Made by a program: the position numbers and the translations under genes. The notes beneath the pieces are model-generated. The model searched no databases. It was given only the letters and a program-made list of their open reading frames with translations, and was not told the origin of the DNA. DNA of 53,392 bases from Candidatus Aminicenantales bacterium. Its GTDB lineage: Bacteria > Acidobacteriota > Aminicenantia > Aminicenantales > UBA4085. Of this stretch, positions 1-7,360 are shown in pieces. Where the stretch lies: NCBI GenBank assembly GCA_049515535.1, contig JBEKTZ010000005.1, forward strand, positions 186,001 through 239,392. The letters are read 5' to 3'. Numbering within the stretch: the stretch's first letter is position 1; every line of letters begins with the position of its first letter.

Positions 1-1308
1 AAGGAGAACTTTCTCAAGGGGGCCAAAAAAAGGGGCATCATCACCCCCGAAAAGGCCAAAAAGCTCTTCGAGAACATCAATAATTTCGCCGAGTACGGGT
101 TCAACAAATCCCACAGCGCGGCCTACGCGGCCCTCGCCTACCAGACGGCCTACCTCAAAGCCCATTATCCCTACCATTTCATGGCCGCCCTGCTGACGTC
201 GGAAGCCGAGCGGGGAGGGACGGCCCAGGTCCAGAAATACATCAACGAATGCCAGCAGATGGGGATCTCCGTTCTCCCTCCCGATATCAACGAGAGCGAT
301 TTCAATTTCACGGTGACGAAGGACGCGGTCCGTTTCGGGCTCGCCGCGGTCAAAAACGTCGGCGAGACGGCGGCCAAGGACCTCATCAAAACCCGGAAGG
401 AGCACGGGAAGTTCGCCGCGCCGTTCGACGTCGTTGCCAACGCCGACAGCCGCGTCGTCAACCGGAAGGTCCTGGAAAGCCTGATCAAGGCGGGCGCCTT
501 CGATTCCCTGGGTTACCCGCGGTCCCAGTGCTTTCATCTGATCGACAAGATGATCGAATTCTCGCACGAGATCCAGCGGGCCAAGAGCGCCAAGCAGAAC
601 TCGCTGTTCGGCGACGGATATGTCGAGCCGCCCGAGATCCCCGCTGAAGTCAAGGGCATGCGCGAATGGGATGAGTCGCTGATGCTTTCCTACGAGAAGG
701 ACGCGCTCGGTTTTTACATCACCGGGCATCCGCTGGCCCAGTTCAAGAACCTGCGACGCCTGATTTCTCACGCGATCAGCGACCTCGACGACGAGAAAGA
801 TTTCAACAGCGAGGTGCGCCTGGCCGGAGTCATCACGATGTTCAGGCCCCTCAAAACGAAGAAGGACGAGCGCATGGCCTCCTTCTATCTGGAGGATATG
901 AGCGGCCGGGTCGAGGTCGTCGCGTTCCCGGACGCTTTCCGGAAAAATTATGAGCTTCTCCGCGAGGACCAGCTGATCTGGATCAAGGGAAAGTTCCTCG
1001 GAGAGGGCGACAGCCGGAAGGTCCATCTGATGCACGTCATGCCCCTGGCCGAAGCGTTTCAAAAGCAGGCCAAACGCATGGTCATCCGCATTTTCATGCC
1101 GGGCCTGGAAACGGCCATCCTCGATGAATTGAAGGATATCTTGGACAAGGACGCCGGTGAATGCCCCGTCTATTTCGAGCTCGTGACGCCCCATGCCTTC
1201 CGGGTCGTCACCCAATCCGCCGAGGTCAAATCGGTCCTGCCGTCCGACGAGCTGACGAAGACGATCGAACGGCTGCTCGGCGAAGAAGCGGTGTCCATCG
1301 AATATTGA
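1..1308 (+). CDS. dnaE: DNA polymerase III alpha subunit (5'-truncated by window edge)
   Basis: Frame is open from base 1 (…FAEYGFNKSHSAAYAALAYQTAYLKAHYP…), then PPDINES, RFGLAAVKNVG, LIKAGAFD and the C-terminal OB fold. Confidence 0.97.
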   Translation, partial: KENFLKGAKKRGIITPEKAKKLFENINNFAEYGFNKSHSAAYAALAYQTAYLKAHYPYHFMAALLTSEAERGGTAQVQKYINECQQMGISVLPPDINESDFNFTVTKDAVRFGLAAVKNVGETAAKDLIKTRKEHGKFAAPFDVVANADSRVVNRKVLESLIKAGAFDSLGYPRSQCFHLIDKMIEFSHEIQRAKSAKQNSLFGDGYVEPPEIPAEVKGMREWDESLMLSYEKDALGFYITGHPLAQFKNLRRLISHAISDLDDEKDFNSEVRLAGVITMFRPLKTKKDERMASFYLEDMSGRVEVVAFPDAFRKNYELLREDQLIWIKGKFLGEGDSRKVHLMHVMPLAEAFQKQAKRMVIRIFMPGLETAILDELKDILDKDAGECPVYFELVTPHAFRVVTQSAEVKSVLPSDELTKTIERLLGEEAVSIEY

Positions 1309-1490
1309 GGTCGGCAAGAGAGAAACGGAGGATGTCTTTTTCAGCCGGACGGAGCTTATCGCCCATCAGGTCTGTCTTCTTCGCTCTCAGCCTGACGAGG
1401 GACCGCTGAGTTGAACTCGTTCATGGATTTGACAAGCTTTTTCCGACGTGCTAATTAGATCGAGAGGGCATCTCCGAATGGGATCATGGT

Positions 1491-2105
1491 ATGGCCTATA
1501 AAGTCGTCGTAGCCGACGGTTCTCCGTCCGTGCAGAAGGCGGCGGAACTCGCCCTTCCGGGCCCGGAGTTCGAAATCTTCTCGTTCGCCGACGGGCTCGA
1601 GGCCATCAACGCGATTCCGGGCCTCCGCCCCGACGCCGTCCTCTCCGGCCTCTCTCTTCCGACCAAGGACGGCTATGAACTGGCGAGTTTCGTGAGGTCG
1701 CAGGAGAGCGGCCGGCAGATCGCCCTGTTCTTTCTCCGCGGCGCCTTCGAGCCGCTGGATTTTCAAAAAATCGGGCAGACTCAAAACGACGGGATCATCG
1801 TCGAGCCCTTTGACGGCGTAACGCTGTCTGGTCTCGTCAGGGAAGCGATCGACAGGAAAAAAGAGCTTCCTTCCATTCCCGAGGAGTCGGCGCTGGAGTC
1901 GGCCGTCCTGCCCGGGCCGCCGCCGGACGCACCCATCGCAGCCGACGGGACGGCTGATCTGGAAAAGAGGGTCCGGGACCTGGTCAAGGAAGAGATCCGA
2001 AACGGCCGGGCCGAATGGGAGTCCATGGCCCGCGAAGTCATTTCCGTCGAATTCAAGAAGATGCTCGTCGACGAACTCAAGGGCATCGACACGCGCAAGA
2101 TCTAG
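1491..2105 (+). CDS. Atypical response-regulator receiver protein with RomR-like architecture
   Basis: Receiver-like N-terminus (KVVVADGS…LRPDAVLSG…DGYEL…GAFEPLD…EPF), Pro-rich linker and short helical C-terminus. The phosphoacceptor Asp position is Gly. Confidence 0.75.
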   Translation: MAYKVVVADGSPSVQKAAELALPGPEFEIFSFADGLEAINAIPGLRPDAVLSGLSLPTKDGYELASFVRSQESGRQIALFFLRGAFEPLDFQKIGQTQNDGIIVEPFDGVTLSGLVREAIDRKKELPSIPEESALESAVLPGPPPDAPIAADGTADLEKRVRDLVKEEIRNGRAEWESMAREVISVEFKKMLVDELKGIDTRKI

Positions 2106-2199
2106 GAGGCCGGGTTTTGACTCGGGCTTCTTCGGTTCTTGGAATCACCCGCCGGCGCGTTCCGCGGCGATGATTCGATCTCCTGGGAAAAAGATCAAC

Positions 2200-2958
2200 A
2201 TGAAATTCGATATCCGAAGATATGCGACCTGTTCTTCGACCAATGACGTCGCCGGAGAACTGGCCCGGCGGGGAGCATCCGAGGGGACGGTCGTCGTCGC
2301 GGAAGAACAGACGGCGGGCCGCGGCACGAAAGGACGCGCCTGGCATTCGATGCGCGGCAAGGGTCTTTACGTTTCCCTGGTGCTCCGGCCGGCGACCCCG
2401 ATGTTCTCGCTCATTCCCCTGGCCGCGGGCCTGGCCGCGGCCGAAGCCGTTCGACAGTCGCACCGCCTGTCCGTCCGGCTGCGTTGGCCCAATGATATCT
2501 TCTGGAAGGGAAAAAAACTGGGCGGGATCCTCTGCGAAAGCGTCTTTTTGGGAAACCGGCCGGATTATGCTATCCTAGGCGTCGGCCTGAACGTCGACCA
2601 CGATGAGGGCGATTTCCCCGTCGAGATCCGGGCGTCGGCGGTCTCGATCAAGATGGCGACGGGAAGAAAAGCCGACGCGGAATCGCTTTTGCGGCGACTC
2701 CTGGCCGCCCTGGAACGCTGGTCCGACGTTCATTCCGGCCCGGACGGAGGAAGAAAAATCGTCCGCGCTTTCGAGCGGGTTTCGGTCGCCCGAAAAGGGG
2801 ACCCGCTGACCGTGATCATGGGCCAAGAGCGCATTCCCGGCGTATACGAGGGGATCGATTCCGCCGGGGCGCTTTTATTGCGCGGGGAGAACGGGATCCG
2901 GCGATTCGCCAGCGCGGAAATTCTAGGAATGGAGAACGGCCATGCTCATCGCCATTGA
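2200..2958 (+). CDS. birA: Biotin--[acetyl-CoA-carboxylase] ligase (no HTH domain)
   Basis: STND, EEQTAGRG, RWPND and KLGGILCE motifs. Alternative start at 2170. Confidence 0.93.
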   Translation: MKFDIRRYATCSSTNDVAGELARRGASEGTVVVAEEQTAGRGTKGRAWHSMRGKGLYVSLVLRPATPMFSLIPLAAGLAAAEAVRQSHRLSVRLRWPNDIFWKGKKLGGILCESVFLGNRPDYAILGVGLNVDHDEGDFPVEIRASAVSIKMATGRKADAESLLRRLLAALERWSDVHSGPDGGRKIVRAFERVSVARKGDPLTVIMGQERIPGVYEGIDSAGALLLRGENGIRRFASAEILGMENGHAHRH

Positions 2959-3706
2959 TATCGGCAATACGACCATCGCCATCGGCCTTTTTGAAGACAA
3001 GGTCCTGACCCGCCATTGGAAGATCCGATCGGACCGCGATAAAACCTGCGATGAGTACGAGATCATCATCCGGAATCTGCTGGCTTTCGACGGCCTGGAC
3101 GCCGCGGCCGTCAAAGCCGCCATCGTTTCGAGCGTGGTCCCGCCTCTCACCCCCATCTTCCAAACCCTGAGCCACGAGCTCTTCCACGTCAAGCCTTTCG
3201 TCGTGGGCCCGGGCCTGCGGACGGGCATGCCCATCCTTTACGAGGCTCCCCTCGAAGTCGGCGCCGACCGGGTCGTCGCCGCCGTGGCCGCTTTCGAGAA
3301 ATTCGGAGGCCCCTGCATCGTCGTCGATTTCGGAACCGCGACGACGTTCGACGCGATATCCGCCAAGGGCGAGTATCTGGGCGGCGCGATCGCGCCGGGC
3401 ATCCAGATCTCCGCGGAAGCCCTCTATCTCAAGACGGCCAAGCTGCCTCGCATCGAGATCAGAAAACCGGCCAAAGCCGTCGGCAAGACCACCGTCGCCA
3501 GCATGCAGTCCGGGCTCTATTTCGGCTATGTCGGCCTCGTCCACAACATCATCGACGAGATCCGCAAGGAGCTGGGCGCGGAGGCCCAGGTCATCGCCAC
3601 CGGCGGCTTCGGCGAGCAGATCGGCGCCGAGGTCAAATCCATTTCGGCGATAGAGCCTCATCTCGTTCTCGAAGGCCTCAGGATCATATATGAGCGAAAC
3701 CGATGA
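2942..3706 (+). CDS. coaX: Type III pantothenate kinase
   Basis: IDIGNT, SSVVP, VGADR, VDFGTATT, GGAIAPG and ATGG motifs. Confidence 0.96.
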   Translation: MLIAIDIGNTTIAIGLFEDKVLTRHWKIRSDRDKTCDEYEIIIRNLLAFDGLDAAAVKAAIVSSVVPPLTPIFQTLSHELFHVKPFVVGPGLRTGMPILYEAPLEVGADRVVAAVAAFEKFGGPCIVVDFGTATTFDAISAKGEYLGGAIAPGIQISAEALYLKTAKLPRIEIRKPAKAVGKTTVASMQSGLYFGYVGLVHNIIDEIRKELGAEAQVIATGGFGEQIGAEVKSISAIEPHLVLEGLRIIYERNR

Positions 3707-4328
3707 CGGCCGTTATTTCCAGGAGATCGCCCGCCGTTTCCTGGCCGGACGCGGAGCCCCTTTTTTCTTGTCGGCCAAAGATCTCGACCTTGTCGCGTCC
3801 TGGGCGCGGGCCGGCATCCCGCTCCAGGTCGTCCTTGAGGGCATCGAGAGAGCCTTTGAGAACCACCGGACCTGGGCGTCGAAACGCGATAAAGTCCTGT
3901 CGCTCGGATTCTGCCGGGCGCAGGTGGAGCGGGCCTTCGACCGTTTTCGCGAGCGGAACGTGGGGGGCGTCCGGGCCAACGCCGCGCGTCCGGACAAACG
4001 CGTCCTGATCCGGTCGGAAATAGAAAAATTCCTGGAGCGGATCCCCCCGGAGCTCGGACCTCTCAAGGACATTTATCTCGAGGCTTTGAAAAAAATGGCT
4101 GGCGGCCCGGCCGCGGCCGACGATGACCTTGAGCCTCTGGACCGGGAAACGGAGCGGTTGCTCCTGAAGATCGCCGGCCCCGCCGACCGGTCAGCCGTGG
4201 AAACCGAGATCCTGGCCGAACACAAGCGGTTGAGCCGGGATGCTCTGGCCGAGGCGGTCCGCGTCAAGGTTTTGAAGCGCCTCCGGGACGCCTATAAGAT
4301 CCCTTATCTTTCGCCTTATTATTATTAG
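3690..4328 (+). CDS. Hypothetical protein, possibly with an N-terminal DnaD-like domain
   Basis: Overlaps the coaX stop and has a coding-like composition. The DnaD resemblance is by eye only. Confidence 0.75.
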   Translation: MSETDDGRYFQEIARRFLAGRGAPFFLSAKDLDLVASWARAGIPLQVVLEGIERAFENHRTWASKRDKVLSLGFCRAQVERAFDRFRERNVGGVRANAARPDKRVLIRSEIEKFLERIPPELGPLKDIYLEALKKMAGGPAAADDDLEPLDRETERLLLKIAGPADRSAVETEILAEHKRLSRDALAEAVRVKVLKRLRDAYKIPYLSPYYY

Positions 4329-4361
4329 GAGTGGGTTATTTCGTCATAGGAGCCTCTCATC

Positions 4362-6413
4362 ATGGACGATCAGCGCATCCTCGATCTCTTGCGGCGGAAC
4401 CGGCAGGGGCTGACCCTTCAACAGATTTTCAAGGAGCTGCGCGTTTCCCGGAAGGAACGGGCCAAGATCGAGGCGCGCCTCATCGACCTCGAGAACAAAA
4501 AACTCATCCGCCGGGTCAAGAACCGCTACCTCCTGCCCTTGCGCTCCAATCTCCTCCGCGGCCGGTTCGAGACGACGGGCCGGGGATTCGGCTTCGTCAT
4601 TCCCGAGGACCGGGGCGTCGAGGATGTTTTCGTTCCCGCCCGCTTCGCCAAGGGGGCCATGCAAGGAGATACCGTCGAGATTCTTTTCAAAGAGCAGGGC
4701 GCCAAGGGCAAAGCGGAAGGTCGGGTCGTGCGCCTCCTCAAGAAAGAGAAGAAAAGCATCATCGGAATTTATGGCGAGCGGTTCGGCGCCCCTTACCTCG
4801 TTCCCTTCGACGCGCCCTCGCTCGAGGAAATCCCGATCGTTTCGCGGGGCGAATTCTTCCCGGCGCAGGGCATGATCGTCGCCGCGGACCGGAGCCGGAT
4901 GACGATCACCGAAGTCCTGGGGCGGCCCGACGATCCGGGCGTCGACGCCAAGGTCATCATTCGGAAATACGGCCTGGCCGTGGAATTCCCCAAAGACGCG
5001 CTCGCGGAAGCCGAGGCCGCCGCGGGAAAGTCCCGATCGTCCGCCCTGGACGAACGCATGGACTGCCGCGGCCTGACGACGTTCACCATCGACGGAGAAA
5101 AGGCCCAGGATTTCGATGACGCGGTGAGCGTCAAAAAACTCGGCGGCGGCCGCTTCCAGCTCGGCGTCCATATCGCCGACGTCTCTCATTATGTCGCGCC
5201 GGGATCGGCGCTCGACGCGGAAGCCTTCGCCCGCGGGACGAGCGTCTATTTTCCCGACCTGACCCTGCCCATGCTTCCGGAACGCCTGTCCAATGATATT
5301 TGCAGCCTGCGTCCCAGGGAGGACCGGCTGACCCTCTCGGCGGTCATGGAGATCGACGCCGCGGGCGACGTCGTCCGCGCCGATTTCTTTCCGGCGGTCA
5401 TCCGGACGGCCGAGCGGCTGACCTATACGTCCGTTCATAAAATATTTGAGGGCGACGAGCACGAACGCCGGATCCACGCGGCCCTCGTTCCGGACCTGTT
5501 GGCCATGCGGGAGCTGGCGCTCATCCTTCGTGAAAAGCGCGTCGGCGAAGGCAGCCTCGAGTTCGACCTCCTCGAGCCCGAGCTCGTCTATATGGAAGGC
5601 CGGCTCCATTCGATCGCGACCTTCGCCCAGAACGAGGCGCACAAGCTCATCGAGGAATTCATGGTCGCGGCCAACGTGGCGGTCGCGTCCTTCCTGGGCC
5701 AAAAAGAAATCCCGACCCTTTATCGCGTCCATCCGCGGCCCGCGGTCGCGAACCTGGAGAAGCTCCGGGAGACCCTCACCCATTTTCACATCCATTTGCC
5801 CAAACCCGAGAAGATCGAACCCACGGACCTGCAGCGCGCCATCCGGGAAGGCGAAGGCCGGCCCGAAGAGAAATTCGTCAATGTCCAGGTCCTGCGAGCG
5901 ATGAAACTGGCCGTTTATTCCGATGAGAACGTCGGGCATTATGGGCTCGCCAAAAAAAATTACACGCATTTCACGTCTCCCATCCGCCGCTACCCGGACC
6001 TTGTCGTGCACCGCATCCTCAAACAGACGTTGCTGGGGCTCCATCCCGAATCTCCTTCGCTGGCCGCCGTGGCCCTGCACGCGTCCGGGCAGGAGCGAAA
6101 GGCCGACGGCGCCGAACAGGACCTCGTCGAATGGCGGATCTTCCGTTTTCTCAAGGATAAGCTGGGGGAGGAATTCACGGGCATCGTCGTGGATATCACC
6201 AAAGCGGGGCTGGCGGTGGAACTCGATGATTATTTCGTCAAAGGCCTTCTCGCCTACGACGACCTGGGCGGCGATTATTTCCGGCGGAATTCGCCCGGCG
6301 TCCTGTCCGGAAAGAGGACGGGCAGAAAATTCGAGCTCGGGCAGACCCTTCGGGTCCAATTGGCGGCGGTCGATCCCGTTTTGCGCCGGATGAACCTGGT
6401 TCTCGCCGAATAG
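4362..6413 (+). CDS. rnr: Ribonuclease R
   Basis: N-terminal HTH/CSD (GFGFV), RNB motifs TIDGEKAQDFDDAVS, VHIADVS, HFTSPIRRYPDL, and a C-terminal S1 domain. Confidence 0.95.
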   Translation: MDDQRILDLLRRNRQGLTLQQIFKELRVSRKERAKIEARLIDLENKKLIRRVKNRYLLPLRSNLLRGRFETTGRGFGFVIPEDRGVEDVFVPARFAKGAMQGDTVEILFKEQGAKGKAEGRVVRLLKKEKKSIIGIYGERFGAPYLVPFDAPSLEEIPIVSRGEFFPAQGMIVAADRSRMTITEVLGRPDDPGVDAKVIIRKYGLAVEFPKDALAEAEAAAGKSRSSALDERMDCRGLTTFTIDGEKAQDFDDAVSVKKLGGGRFQLGVHIADVSHYVAPGSALDAEAFARGTSVYFPDLTLPMLPERLSNDICSLRPREDRLTLSAVMEIDAAGDVVRADFFPAVIRTAERLTYTSVHKIFEGDEHERRIHAALVPDLLAMRELALILREKRVGEGSLEFDLLEPELVYMEGRLHSIATFAQNEAHKLIEEFMVAANVAVASFLGQKEIPTLYRVHPRPAVANLEKLRETLTHFHIHLPKPEKIEPTDLQRAIREGEGRPEEKFVNVQVLRAMKLAVYSDENVGHYGLAKKNYTHFTSPIRRYPDLVVHRILKQTLLGLHPESPSLAAVALHASGQERKADGAEQDLVEWRIFRFLKDKLGEEFTGIVVDITKAGLAVELDDYFVKGLLAYDDLGGDYFRRNSPGVLSGKRTGRKFELGQTLRVQLAAVDPVLRRMNLVLAE

Positions 6414-6496
6414 GGGAAGAGGAAGATCGGGCCGGAACGCGCCGGGCAGGCGCCGCCGCCGCATGATCGACGAAAGAGAAAGACCGGCGGCAAGTG

Positions 6497-6505
6497 TGAT
6501 ATCAT
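6497..6505 (+). promoter_or_regulatory. Putative extended -10 element (TG-A-TATCAT) upstream of the SelB C-terminal gene
   Basis: Matches TGnTAnnnT in the intergenic region. Confidence 0.35.
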
Positions 6506-6556
6506 CGGGGGAATGAATTCGCGGCGCTCGGGAAAGCGTTTTTGAGATAACGAAAC

Positions 6557-7333
6557 ATGAAAAAGAAGATCGGCGGCGACGAGGATCGGCTCCTGGAATT
6601 GGCCCGCGAAAAAGGGCTCTCGGGCGTGCGCGAAAGCGAAGCGATGGAAGGGCTGACGCTGGACCGGCCCGGACTTTTGGCCCTCGTCCAGAAACTCGAA
6701 GAAGAGAGCCGGCTCCGCATCCTCGCCTTTTCTCCGCTCGTCTTGGTTTCCCGGGACAGCCTGGATTTTCTCGGAGGAAAGCTCCTGTCTTTCATCGCCC
6801 AATTTCACGAGAAAAATCCGGAGGACGGCGGCCTGACCCTTGACAGGCTGAAACGAAGGTTCGACGCGCCGGCAAAGGTCCTTCTCCTCGTCCTAAAAGG
6901 GCTCGTCCATGAAGGGGCGATCAGACAGGAAGGCCGGTTGTTCGCCCGGGCCGGCTTCGCGCGCCGGCTTCCGCCGCGCGAGGAAAAAGCCCTCCGGGAA
7001 CTCGAGGAAGCGTGCTTTCAAGGCGGTTTCCGGCCGGTGACGGTGGAAGATATCCAAGCGCAAATCCCCGCGACGCCGCAGAAAATCGGGAAGATGTTGG
7101 ACGTTCTCATCGAGCGGAAAAAAGTCGTGCCGAACAAAGACGGCTTTTTCCTTCCCGCCCGTGCGCTGGACGAGTTGATCGCCAAGGTCCGGGGTTTGGG
7201 CAAGAACGAGATGAGCGTCGCCGATTTCAAGGGGCTGACCGGGCTCAGCCGCAAGTTCGCCATTCCTCTTCTGGAGCTGCTCGACGATTTGAGCGTGACC
7301 CGTCGGGACGGTCTGACGAGAAAAATCCTGTGA
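6557..7333 (+). CDS. Stand-alone SelB C-terminal winged-helix (SECIS-binding-like) protein
   Basis: C-terminus FKGLTGLSRKFAIPLLELLD…TRRDGLTR matches the SelB WH4 motif, and FHEKNP…GL matches the earlier SelB WH region. In-frame TAA at 6548-6550 excludes an upstream GTPase domain. Confidence 0.85.
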   Translation: MKKKIGGDEDRLLELAREKGLSGVRESEAMEGLTLDRPGLLALVQKLEEESRLRILAFSPLVLVSRDSLDFLGGKLLSFIAQFHEKNPEDGGLTLDRLKRRFDAPAKVLLLVLKGLVHEGAIRQEGRLFARAGFARRLPPREEKALRELEEACFQGGFRPVTVEDIQAQIPATPQKIGKMLDVLIERKKVVPNKDGFFLPARALDELIAKVRGLGKNEMSVADFKGLTGLSRKFAIPLLELLDDLSVTRRDGLTRKIL

Positions 7334-7360
7334 TCGGCGCCCGGTCGCCGGAGCGGCGCG

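Noticed and set aside
1320..1410. Possible hammerhead ribozyme (CTGACGA with an upstream GAAA)
   Set aside because: Stem II cannot form: the required G-C pair next to GAAA is absent
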